Assembly (NCBI GenBank): GCA_964291285.2
Contig: OZ219787.1
Span: 928,001 to 992,000 of the forward strand
Origin: Alphaproteobacteria bacterium
Lineage (GTDB): Bacteria; Pseudomonadota; Alphaproteobacteria; Bin95
Direction: 5' to 3'
Length of the DNA: 64,000 bases
Below, piece after piece: positions 39,320-48,224 of the stretch; position 1 is the stretch's first letter; every line of letters begins with the position of its first letter. Made by a program: the position numbers and the translations under genes. Under the pieces are notes generated by a model that was not told where the DNA came from, made no database searches, and saw only the letters and a list, made by a program, of their open reading frames with translations.

Positions 39320-41737
39320 CTACCAGCGGAGCGTGCCATTCAGCAACACGCCGCGCTCCGGCACCATGTCGTCCGCGTACTCCTTCCGCGTGGCATCGAG
39401 ATTGACTTCAAACCCCGGATCGCGCGGCGCCGCCGGGGTCAGGCGCCAGCCAAGGCGCCAGATTCGCGCCCCGCCGTCCGACAGCCCGAAGCCCAGGTTC
39501 GGCGTGCCGGTGAACCCGCCGCCGAACACGGCCATGCCATAGCCGATCCTGCCCTCCAGGCGGCTTGACGTCTCGAACCCGGCCCCGTCCGTTTCCGACG
39601 CCAGGCCCGTCAGCGTCTCGCGGGCGAACAGCGCGGCCACGCCGCCCGAAGAGGCAGTGCCCAAAGACTTGGTGAGGGACAATGACGGTCCGCGGTCGGT
39701 GGACCGGCGCGGGTCCCAGCCGACGGAGGCGCTCGAACTCCACTCGCGGAAGTCCGACGCACGGTGCGCGACCAGCCCGCGCCCCTTGAGATTGAGTGAG
39801 AGCCCGTTCGCCGGATCGGCAATGGCGAGGCTTCCGCCGAGCTCGGCGCCGAACCCCGTTTCCGCGTCGCCGCCGTCATGGCGCACCCCGATCTCGAAGC
39901 CCGGTTGGAAACGCCAGCCGCCCGGGGCCGCCGTCTTCTGCCATGTCCCTTCAAGGCTGAGCCGGAGCCGCGTTACCCGGGCTCGCGATACCGCAAGGCT
40001 TGCCTCGTCCCCGTCGGCTTCGTCGGAAGAGGTGCGCACGAGACGCGCATCGGACTTGACATGGAGTTCCAGAGCGCCCTCGGCGGGGGCCTTCATCAGC
40101 AACCCGCGCCCGCCGAACGCGCCCATCGCGAGGTCCATATCGGTCTCGACCTCGGCGTCGTTCTCGGGTTTCAGCGTAAACGTTCCCGACCCGTAGCCCG
40201 CAACCCCCCACACCGAAAGCCGTTCGCTCATCGCGTAGCGGCCCCAGGGGTAGAGGCCCGTGAGTGCCGATTCGACCTCGCCATTGCCGTTCGCGCTCCG
40301 GTAGCTGCCCTCGCCGCGGCTGTATGCCGACACGAGGCCCACCGTGCCCCGGCCGCGGGTGAAGTCCCCGCCCAGCATCGCGCTTGCCACCTCGCCGTCC
40401 AGCGTGAGGCTGCCGGCGCGTCCGTCGAAACCCGAGACGGCGCCGCGGCCCCATACCGCGCCGGAGCCGCCTTCCGCATTCGCGCCGGTCATGGCGAACG
40501 ACCAGCCCGCGAGCATGTCGCGGTTCGTCAGTCCGCGCGACACCGGAGCCGGCCGGTCGCCTTCGCGTTCTCCCAGCGCTTCCGCCTCCGGGCCACCGCC
40601 AATCCGGTGTCCGGCAAGGCTGGCTTCCATCCCGGCAGCCTGCGGCGCCGCCATACGGCTCTCGACCGCCTCGACGACCTGGTCCGCCACCGTGCGCCCG
40701 AAGCGGGCAAGCCACGCTTTCGGGACCGCATCCGGGTCGAGGGTTGCGCCGTCTGCGCCGAGATAGATGCCGGAACCGACGACAACCTTCTGCTCCGTGT
40801 TGGCCCCCTTGAAACTCACCGCGTAGCCGAGCTTCGGCGAACCGGTGTCCTCGTCTCCCTCAATGGTCGGGTCGTCATAGTGGTACCGCAGGAATTTCCT
40901 GCCCTCGCGCCGCGCGCCTCCGATCAGCTCCTCGGCGAACCTCACCCCGTTGATGTCCGTCCTCGTCATGTCCGTCGCCTTGCCTTCGCGAAACGGCTCG
41001 GTTGCATGAAAGAAGGTGACGCCGCCGGCGCTCACGACCCACAGGTAGACGGAGCCCGATTTCCAGTCCCCCCCTTCGACCCGGAAGGCGTTTCTGACCC
41101 CGGCGAGGTCCTGGTAGCCCGGGGACAGGATGGCGTCGCGGTACACCCTGGCTGCTTCCTCGACGAAGTCGATCAGGGTCTCGCGGTCCACGACCTGCGA
41201 TGCGGTGACCGCGGGCCTGGGCAGGTCGGCGATGCGGATCGGGACATGGGAGACGTCCTGCGAGTAGCCGCCGACCAGCACAAATATCCGTCCGGTGATC
41301 CCGGAGGTGTATTCGACGGCGTATGCCGTCTTCGGCTCGCCGTCATGGTACCGGACGAAGTCCCCGCCGCGGGCGGCGGCCGCAAGGAGTTCCTCGACGA
41401 CCCTGAAACCGTTGTCGTCCACGACGTCGAGCAGGTTCTTGTTTTCCGCAGAGCGGTCGTTCCCGTGGATGAACGGGTCCCCGTTCCTGAGAAACAGGAT
41501 GAGGAACATCGATCCGGCCTTCCACTCGCCCTCGGTTCTCAGCCTTTCCCTGAGCCTTGCTCCTTCGTTTATGTTCGTGATCGCCGCGATGTCAGCCGCC
41601 GCCCCATCGACGAAGGCCTTGAGGGTCGCGTCGTCCACCACCTGGTCGGCAGTCGTCCGGGCCCCGGCCCCGCCGCTCGCCAACAGAAACAATGCCAGGA
41701 CGGCAAAAGCCGGCGCAGCCTTGATGCTCAGTCGCAT
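39320..41737 (-). CDS. Autotransporter-like outer membrane protein with two tandem Cache-like passenger domains
   Basis: Signal peptide. Internal repeat TADQVVDDATLKAFV / TASQVVDRETLIDFV with DxNG...EEL and VVGSGIY. Linker WLARFGRTVA. Beta-barrel motifs VWGRGA, GVRHDGGDAETGFG. Ends LRW. Confidence 0.8.
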   Translation of the reverse strand: MRLSIKAAPAFAVLALFLLASGGAGARTTADQVVDDATLKAFVDGAAADIAAITNINEGARLRERLRTEGEWKAGSMFLILFLRNGDPFIHGNDRSAENKNLLDVVDDNGFRVVEELLAAAARGGDFVRYHDGEPKTAYAVEYTSGITGRIFVLVGGYSQDVSHVPIRIADLPRPAVTASQVVDRETLIDFVEEAARVYRDAILSPGYQDLAGVRNAFRVEGGDWKSGSVYLWVVSAGGVTFFHATEPFREGKATDMTRTDINGVRFAEELIGGARREGRKFLRYHYDDPTIEGDEDTGSPKLGYAVSFKGANTEQKVVVGSGIYLGADGATLDPDAVPKAWLARFGRTVADQVVEAVESRMAAPQAAGMEASLAGHRIGGGPEAEALGEREGDRPAPVSRGLTNRDMLAGWSFAMTGANAEGGSGAVWGRGAVSGFDGRAGSLTLDGEVASAMLGGDFTRGRGTVGLVSAYSRGEGSYRSANGNGEVESALTGLYPWGRYAMSERLSVWGVAGYGSGTFTLKPENDAEVETDMDLAMGAFGGRGLLMKAPAEGALELHVKSDARLVRTSSDEADGDEASLAVSRARVTRLRLSLEGTWQKTAAPGGWRFQPGFEIGVRHDGGDAETGFGAELGGSLAIADPANGLSLNLKGRGLVAHRASDFREWSSSASVGWDPRRSTDRGPSLSLTKSLGTASSGGVAALFARETLTGLASETDGAGFETSSRLEGRIGYGMAVFGGGFTGTPNLGFGLSDGGARIWRLGWRLTPAAPRDPGFEVNLDATRKEYADDMVPERGVLLNGTLRW

Positions 41738-41944
41738 CTCATTCTCCTCATGACATAACGGTGGGATCGATATGCCCACAGTGATCAGGCGGACGTTGAG
41801 CGCGGCTTTCAGAAAGCCCGCTACCGCTTGGTTCGGACAGGAAGGCGGGGTCCGGCCTCCGACAATGTCCGGTTGCCTGCCGGACAGGCCGGACGTGCAG
41901 GTGGCAGCGTAAGCCGTTGTCGCCTGTTCCTCGTCCCTGCAGGA

Positions 41945-42053
41945 CGAACGACCCGGATATGCTGAGAATGTCCGGATGTGAGTTCAGGACGTCGGACAGC
42001 ATGGTCGAATCGCAGCGTCCGGAGCTGACGACGATTGCCGGAGAGACGTCCAT
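41945..42053 (-). pseudogene. Sulfotransferase N-terminal remnant
   Basis: MDVSPAIVVSSGRCDSTMLSDVLNSHPDILSIS resembles the PAPS-binding loop GRSGSTLL...LNSHP. Similarity stops after about 35 codons. Confidence 0.6.
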
Positions 42054-42594
42054 GGGCTGTCTCAATTTTACCCTCTAGCGGGCCCTGATCCGACCAACAC
42101 CCCTTCAACTCGGGGAGCCGCCCGCAACCGCGTAAACATTTACCTATATTTAGTATAGCAATTAGTAATACTCATAAAGTCCTTCGTTTTCGAGGGCGAG
42201 GGGGGGGGTATCGCATTGCCGCCGATGGCCGCCCGGAGGACGCCGGAACAGGGGCCGCTCGAGGACGGCCAGCGCATCGTGCTGACGCCGCTTCCCGCGG
42301 GCCAGCGTACGCAGCCGGCGGAACTGCTGGTGCTGGCCGGCAGCGTGCCGACTGCGCCCGAATATGTTGCAGGCCCCACCAGTGCGCCGGCGCTGCCCGC
42401 AGGCCTGCGCGGCAGCGCCGGCGGCAGCAATGCCATCGGTACTGCTGAGCGGGACACTTTGCCGGACTCGGAGGAACGCGACTGCCTGAGGCTGGCCGCT
42501 GGCGGGCATTATACCGGAGGCGCGGGCAACTGAAGCAAGGCCCCGACGGGTCGATAGAGGGCCGGGGCGGGAGGCAGTCCCCTTCCAAAGTCGC

Positions 42595-43458
42595 AAAGAA
42601 TGAAAAAAATCTAATGAAATTGATTTTTGTTCGTAATTTGATCTTGACATCTGGCGGATTGTGATATGATGGTCCCCAGGGAAGAGGCATCCGGAGCCGC
42701 TTCCCGGGCGTTGCGCGGCCGGGCGGCGCCATTTCTGAAAACCCGTGAGAAGCCGACGGGAGACGTGCGTCCTGCGTCTCGCGCGCGCAATCAGGCGCGC
42801 GAACCGCGCCGGCGCCGACACGCGCCCGGGCAGGCGCGGGCGCCCGCGCAGGATACGCGCGGAAACAGGGACCCGCTCCCCGTCGGAGAAGGAGGAACGA
42901 TGAGGGCAACCGACCCCCGCCCCGGGCTGGCGGCGATGCCGGCCGAAAGGCTCGCGCCGGCCGCCGCGGCCCTTGCCAGTGCCTATGCGGAGGAGATGAG
43001 CGCCGGGCCGCCGCCCATCTGCCAGAGCCTGTGCCCGCACCTGCCGGGGAGCCCGCGAACGACCCCGACGCCTGGGTCCCGCAGCCGGAGGCGCAGGCGC
43101 GGGCGGGTGGTAGGACCGGCTCCGTGTAGGCCGCAATGACCTCGTCCGCAAGCTCCTATCGTCACCCCGGCCGGAGCGGAGCGGAGAGCCGGGGTCCATC
43201 CTCCGCCCTCTCCACCGGACCGAAACGGTGGGGGACGGGTCCCGGTTCCGGGGCCGGGGCGACGGTGAACGCAAGACGCAGAAGGAGACCGAAGAGTGGA
43301 CAGCTTCATGCCTGAAACGGCTGCAGCATATGAACCCTGCGCATGCAGATCATGACATTCCATGACACATGGCGAGGGAAGCCCGGCGCGCCTCATGACA
43401 AAACATGACATCTCATGATGCCCCGGATGGAGCGGTCCGTTGTGCCGGGCAGCCGGGT
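42595..43458 (+). repeat. Intergenic repeat family, copy B
   Basis: AT tract, CTTGACA (42643) ... TATGAT (42665), GGCATCCGG, GAGAAGCCGACGGGAGACGTGCG, GCAATCAGGCGCGCGA (42787-42802), AAACAGGGACCC. CATGACA at 43351, 43361, 43394, 43404 (CATGATG at 43414). Confidence 0.85.
43161..43263. repeat. GTCA-type REP/RIME-like palindromic unit nested in copy B
   Basis: GTCACCCCGG...GAGCCGGGGTCCA with a degenerate inverted partner GGGTCCCGGTTCCGGGGCCGGGGCGAC. Related to 60737-60889. Confidence 0.7.
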
Positions 43459-43466
43459 CGAAAGGA

Positions 43467-43495
43467 TTTGACCGGCGGGCGCTTCGGGCCTATTG
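43467..43495 (+). promoter_or_regulatory. Putative sigma70 promoter of the ornithine decarboxylase gene
   Basis: TTTGAC-N17-CTATTG, about 170 bp upstream of ATG 43666. Confidence 0.55.
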
Positions 43496-43499
43496 GTGC

Positions 43500-43660
43500 G
43501 CCGCCGCACCACGCATGACCCACGTGCCAAGAAATCACCCGGGCAGGTCAAGCCGGGGGCCGGTAACGAGGTATCGGTGCGACAGGCGGGAAGACGGACG
43601 GTCCGCGGCCGTCTGCCGAACCGCCGCCCGAGACGCGGTTAGGAGCCCCTTGGGAGGGTT
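43500..43660 (+). ncRNA. Possible speF-type cis-regulatory leader
   Basis: Long 5' UTR between the promoter and the ornithine decarboxylase gene with hairpins (e.g. AGACGG...CCGTCT). The speF leader is known in this position in alphaproteobacteria. Not verified by covariance model. Confidence 0.35.
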
Positions 43661-43665
43661 GTGCG

Positions 43666-44796
43666 ATGACGGCGCGCATTCGCCGATTTCTCGATGAGTC
43701 CCGGCCGCCGACGCCGTGCCTCGTGATCGACTTGGATGTCGTGCGCGAGAACTATCTCGCCTTCACGCGGCTGTTGCCGCAGGCGGCGGTCTATTACGCG
43801 GTCAAGGCCAACCCCGCGCCGGAGATCATCTCGCTGCTCGTGCGCCTCGGCTCGTCCTTCGATTGCGCCAGCATCTACGAGATCCGCGACTGCCTGGCGG
43901 CCGGCGCGCCGGCCCGGCGGCTCTCCTTCGGCAACACCATCAAGAAGGCCGCCGATATCGGGGCCGCGCACAGGCTGGGCGTGGACCTGTTCGCCTTCGA
44001 CAGCCGGGGCGAGCTGGACAAGCTGGCCAAGGCCGCGCCCGGCGCGCGGGTCTATTGCCGGATCGCCATGACCGGGGAAGGCGCGGACTGGCCGCTCGGG
44101 CGGAAGTTCGGCTGCGAGGTCGATATGGCGCGCGACCTCATGCTGGAGGCCGGGCGGCTCGGCCTCGAGCCCTATGGCATCTCCTTCCATATCGGCTCGC
44201 AGCAGCGCGACGTGCGCCAGTGGGACGTCGCCTTCGGCCAGACGGCGATGCTGTTCACCGCGCTCGACGAGGCCGGGGTCAAGCTCGGCATGGTGAATGT
44301 CGGCGGCGGCTTCCCCGCCCGCACCCGCAAGGACGGGCCCGGGGCGCAGGCGCATATGGAGGCGCTGGTCGCGGCGGCGCGCAGCCATTTCGGCAACCGG
44401 ATGCCGAACCTGATCGTCGAGCCGGGCCGCGCGCTGGTGGGCGATGCCGGCCTCGTCCAGAGCGAGGTCGTGCTGATCTCCCGCAAGGGCTACCGGGACG
44501 AGGAGCGCTGGGTCTATCTGGATGTCGGCAAGTTCGGCGGCCTGATCGAGACCATGGACGAGGCGATCCAGTACCGCATCACCACGGAGCGGGACGGCGC
44601 GGAATGCGGCCCGGTCGTGCTGGCGGGGCCGACCTGCGACGAGGCCGATGTGCTCTACCAGCACAGCAACTACCGCCTGCCGCTGACCCTGGAGGTCGGC
44701 GACAGGGTGGCGATCGAGTCGGCAGGCGCCTACACGGCCTCCTACAGTTCGGTCAATTTCAACGGCCTGCCGCCGCTGGCGACCTACTGCATCTGA
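43666..44796 (+). CDS. Type III PLP-dependent ornithine/lysine decarboxylase
   Basis: YYAVKANP, FDCAS, WPLGRKFGC, SFHIGSQ, NVGGGFP, EPGR, GPTCD, GAYT. Confidence 0.93.
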   Translation: MTARIRRFLDESRPPTPCLVIDLDVVRENYLAFTRLLPQAAVYYAVKANPAPEIISLLVRLGSSFDCASIYEIRDCLAAGAPARRLSFGNTIKKAADIGAAHRLGVDLFAFDSRGELDKLAKAAPGARVYCRIAMTGEGADWPLGRKFGCEVDMARDLMLEAGRLGLEPYGISFHIGSQQRDVRQWDVAFGQTAMLFTALDEAGVKLGMVNVGGGFPARTRKDGPGAQAHMEALVAAARSHFGNRMPNLIVEPGRALVGDAGLVQSEVVLISRKGYRDEERWVYLDVGKFGGLIETMDEAIQYRITTERDGAECGPVVLAGPTCDEADVLYQHSNYRLPLTLEVGDRVAIESAGAYTASYSSVNFNGLPPLATYCI

Positions 44797-44862
44797 GCCG
44801 GCGCATTGACAGCGCGGGCAGGGTCACCAGATAATCCGCAGCAGTTGGAGCATGGCGACAGG

Positions 44863-45195
44863 ATGAGCGCAGGACTCAGCATTTCCGACAGGGCGGCCGA
44901 GCGGGTCTCGGTCCTGCTCGAACAACAGCAGGGCGCGGGGCTGATGCTGCGGGTCTCCGTGTCGGGCGGCGGCTGCTCGGGCTTCCAGTACGGCTTCGCC
45001 TTCGACGATGCGCGCAACGAGGACGACCTCGTGTTCAGCCATGCCGGCGTCGATGTCGTGGTGGACGAGATGTCGCTGGAGCTGCTGGAGGGCGCGGAGA
45101 TCGATTTCGTCGAGGACCTTGCCGGCGCCGCCTTCCGCATCGACAATCCCAACGCGACGGCTTCCTGCGGCTGCGGCTCGTCCTTCGCCGTCTGA
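44863..45195 (+). CDS. erpA: Fe-S cluster insertion protein ErpA (HesB/IscA family)
   Basis: GGGCSGFQY, NPNATASCGCGSSF. Adjacent to xth. Confidence 0.9.
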   Translation: MSAGLSISDRAAERVSVLLEQQQGAGLMLRVSVSGGGCSGFQYGFAFDDARNEDDLVFSHAGVDVVVDEMSLELLEGAEIDFVEDLAGAAFRIDNPNATASCGCGSSFAV

Positions 45196-46014
45196 ATGAA
45201 GATCGCAAGCTGGAACGTCAACTCGATCAAGGCCCGCCTGCCCGCCGTGATCGACTGGCTGGAGACGGCCGCCCCGGACGTGCTGGCGCTGCAGGAGATC
45301 AAATGCACCGCCGACGCCTTTCCGCACCTCGAGATCGAGGCGGCGGGATACCGCGCGGCGGTTCTCGGCCAGAGGACCTATAACGGCGTCGCGCTGATTT
45401 CGAAGACGGCCCCGGAAGCGCTGCGCGAGGGCCTGCCGGGCGACGGCGGGGACGACCAGGCGCGCTATGTCGAGGCGGTGTTCGACGGGGTGCGGGTCGC
45501 CTCCATCTACCTGCCGAACGGCAACCCGGTCGGGAGCGACAAGTTCCCCTACAAGCTCGCCTGGATGGCGCGGCTGAAACGCCATGCGGCGCGCCTGCTG
45601 GCGGACGAGGTGCCGACGGTTCTCGGCGGGGACTTCAATGTCATCCCGGAACCGGAGGACTGCTACGACCCCGACGACTGGGCGGGCGATGCGCTCTACC
45701 GGCCGGAGAGCCGGCGGGCGTTCCGGGAAATCCTTTATCTCGGCTGGGCGGACGCCTTCCGGTCGCTCCATGCGCGGCGGGGCGGCGCCTTCACCTTCTG
45801 GGACTATCAGCGCGGGCGCTGGCAGCGCGGCGAAGGCATCCGCATCGACCATCTGTTGCTGTCGCCGGCGGCGCTGGACCGGCTGGAGGAATGCGATATC
45901 GACACCGTTCCGCGCAGCCGCCCGAAAGCCTCCGACCACACGCCCGTCTGGTGCAGCCTTGGCCCCGCCGCCGAGGCCGGAAATCTGTTCCTCGCGCCCG
46001 GCGAAGACGGATAG
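45196..46014 (+). CDS. xth: Exodeoxyribonuclease III
   Basis: MKIASWNVNSI, LQEIK, YNGVA, YLPNGNP, GDFN, RIDH, SDHTPV. Confidence 0.95.
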   Translation: MKIASWNVNSIKARLPAVIDWLETAAPDVLALQEIKCTADAFPHLEIEAAGYRAAVLGQRTYNGVALISKTAPEALREGLPGDGGDDQARYVEAVFDGVRVASIYLPNGNPVGSDKFPYKLAWMARLKRHAARLLADEVPTVLGGDFNVIPEPEDCYDPDDWAGDALYRPESRRAFREILYLGWADAFRSLHARRGGAFTFWDYQRGRWQRGEGIRIDHLLLSPAALDRLEECDIDTVPRSRPKASDHTPVWCSLGPAAEAGNLFLAPGEDG

Positions 46015-46023
46015 GGACCGCCC

Positions 46024-46727
46024 ATGGACTTCGCAAACAGGACGATCATCGTGACCGGGGGCGCCTCCGGCATCGGGGCGGAAACGGTCGGCATGCTGCG
46101 CGCCGCGGGCGCCGATGTGCTCGTGGTGGACCGGGACGCCTCCTCCGGCCTTGTCGGCGATGTGACCGACCCGGCGCTGGTCGCGCAGCGATGGAACGCT
46201 GCCCGAGGCTCGACGGGCTGGTGACGGCGGCGGGCATCTCGGAGAGCGGCGTGGCGATCGAGGATATCGACCCGGAGGACTGGGACCGGGTCTTCGCCGT
46301 CAACGTCAAGGCGACCTGGATGTGGCTGGCGGCGGCGGCCGGGCCGATGCGCGCCGCGGGCGGCGGCTCGGTCGTGGCCATCGCTTCGCAGCTCGCGTTC
46401 GGCGGCGGGTCGCTGAACGCGGCCTATATCGCGTCCAAGGGCGCCGTCGTCTCGCTGGTTCGCACGGCGGCGGTCGAGCTTGCCGGCGACGGCATCCGCG
46501 TCAATGCGGTCGCGCCCGGCGCCACCGAAACGCCGATGCTGAACCGCAGCCTCTCGCGCCAGCCGGACCCGGATGCGGCCAGGGAACGCTCCCGCACCCG
46601 CCACGCCATGGCCCGCTTCGGCAAGCCGGACGAGATCGCGGACGCGATCTGCTTCCTGCTGTCGGACCGCGCGAGCTTCATCACCGGCACGACGCTGCCG
46701 GTGGACGGCGGCTGGCTCGCGGCCTGA
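46024..46727 (+). pseudogene. SDR family oxidoreductase with a frameshift (real or sequencing error)
   Basis: TGGASGIG lies in the frame starting at 46024. LDGLVTAAGI, YIASKGA and IRVNAVAPG are in another frame. The switch is near 46186-46190. Confidence 0.8.
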
Positions 46728-47345
46728 CTAGGGGCCGGCCAGCCGGGCTTCCGCCGAAGCCAGGTCCTCCGGCGTGTTGATGTTGAAGAAGGGGTCGCCT
46801 TCGGGCGGGACCGGGAATTCGACGTCGGCCATGCGGTGGCGGGCGGTCCACCGGTCCACCTTGCGCAGGCCCTCCTCGGCGAGCGCATGGCGCAAGTCGT
46901 CGGCGAGGCGGACGGTCCAGAGCGCGAAGACGGGATGGCGCTGCCCCCCGGACGTCGCGGTCACGATATCGGCGCTCCCTGCCTCGGCCGCCAGCTCGCG
47001 GACCAGCGTTGCGGGGAAGAAGGGCGCGTCGCAGGGGAAGCTCGCGACCCAGCCATAGCCGGCCTCGCGCGCCCAGAGCATGCCGGCGAGCACGCCCGCA
47101 AGCGGCCCGACGAAGCCGGCAACCGGATCGGGCAGCACGGGCAGGCCGAGTTCCGCGAATTCCTCCGCCGGCGCGTTGGCGTTGACGGCGAGGCACGCTA
47201 CCTGCGGGGCGGCGCGGGCGGCGGCATGGGCGAGCAGCGGCCGGCCGTCGAGGAGCGCCATGCCCTTCAGCCCGCCGCCCATGCGCCGGCCGAGGCCGCC
47301 CGCCAGCAGCAGGCCGGCGCAGTCACGCCGGGGGTCGGACGGCAC
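46728..47345 (-). CDS. mobA: Molybdenum cofactor guanylyltransferase
   Basis: LLAGGLGRRMGG..K, GPLAG, PCDAPF, HPVFALW, FFNINTPEDL. Confidence 0.93.
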   Translation of the reverse strand: MPSDPRRDCAGLLLAGGLGRRMGGGLKGMALLDGRPLLAHAAARAAPQVACLAVNANAPAEEFAELGLPVLPDPVAGFVGPLAGVLAGMLWAREAGYGWVASFPCDAPFFPATLVRELAAEAGSADIVTATSGGQRHPVFALWTVRLADDLRHALAEEGLRKVDRWTARHRMADVEFPVPPEGDPFFNINTPEDLASAEARLAGP

Positions 47346-47350
47346 AGGGC

Positions 47351-48202
47351 TCAGGCGGCGTCGCCGGTGGCGACTTCGGGGTTCGCGTCGAACACGAGGC
47401 GCTCCGCGCCGGAGAGCGCGATGAAGCGCTTGCCCTTGGCGCGCCCGACCAGCGTCAGCCCGGCCTGCCGGGCGAGCGCCACCCCCGAGGCCGTGAAGCC
47501 CGACCGGGAAATCAGGATCGGCACGCCCATCTGCACGGTCTTGATGACCATCTCGCTGGTGAGCCGCCCGGTGGTGAAAAACAGCTTTCCCTCCGGCGAA
47601 ACGCCGTTGAGGCGCATATAGCCGGCGATCATGTCCACCGCATTGTGCCGGCCCACATCCTCCAGATAGAGGATCGGCCGGTCGCCCTCGCAGAGCACGC
47701 AGCCATGGATCGCGCCGGCGGCCAGATAGAGGCTCGGACGGCGCGCGATCTTGGCCGAAAGCGTGTAGATCCAGGAGGTGTAAAGCGGGTCCGGGGGCAG
47801 GTCCGCCGCCTCGAAACTGTCCATCACGTCGGCGAACACCGTGCCGACGGCGCAGCCCGAAGTGCGGACCCGGCGTTCCAGCCGGTGCTCGTAGTCGGTC
47901 ATGCGCGCCGTGCGCACGACGGCGGCGTCGAGCTCGTCGTCTATGTCGATGCCGGTGATCTCGTCGTCCGGGCGCAGCATGTTCTGGTTGGCGAGGAAGC
48001 CGACGGCCAGCCAGTCGGCATGGTCGCCGACCGTCATCGCGGTCACGATCTCCTGGCTGTTCAGGTAGATGGTGAGGGGGCGTTCGACGACGACGCGCGT
48101 GCTGCGCTCCCGGCCCTCGTGGTCGATGCCGGTGACGGCTTCCGTCAGCCTCGGGTCGTCCGGGTCCGGCGCGACCAGGAACTCCTGCATGAACTCGCTC
48201 AT
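47351..48202 (-). CDS. fdhD: Formate dehydrogenase accessory sulfurtransferase FdhD
   Basis: ERPLTIYLN, TSGC, GAIHG, EDVGRHNAVD, TTGRLTSEMVIK. Confidence 0.93.
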   Translation of the reverse strand: MSEFMQEFLVAPDPDDPRLTEAVTGIDHEGRERSTRVVVERPLTIYLNSQEIVTAMTVGDHADWLAVGFLANQNMLRPDDEITGIDIDDELDAAVVRTARMTDYEHRLERRVRTSGCAVGTVFADVMDSFEAADLPPDPLYTSWIYTLSAKIARRPSLYLAAGAIHGCVLCEGDRPILYLEDVGRHNAVDMIAGYMRLNGVSPEGKLFFTTGRLTSEMVIKTVQMGVPILISRSGFTASGVALARQAGLTLVGRAKGKRFIALSGAERLVFDANPEVATGDAA

Positions 48203-48224
48203 GTTCTCCACTATGCTCCGGGCC

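Noticed and set aside
42216-42533. 105-aa ORF next to repeat copy B
   Set aside because: TTG start and no recognisable motif. It may be a gene remnant but cannot be supported.
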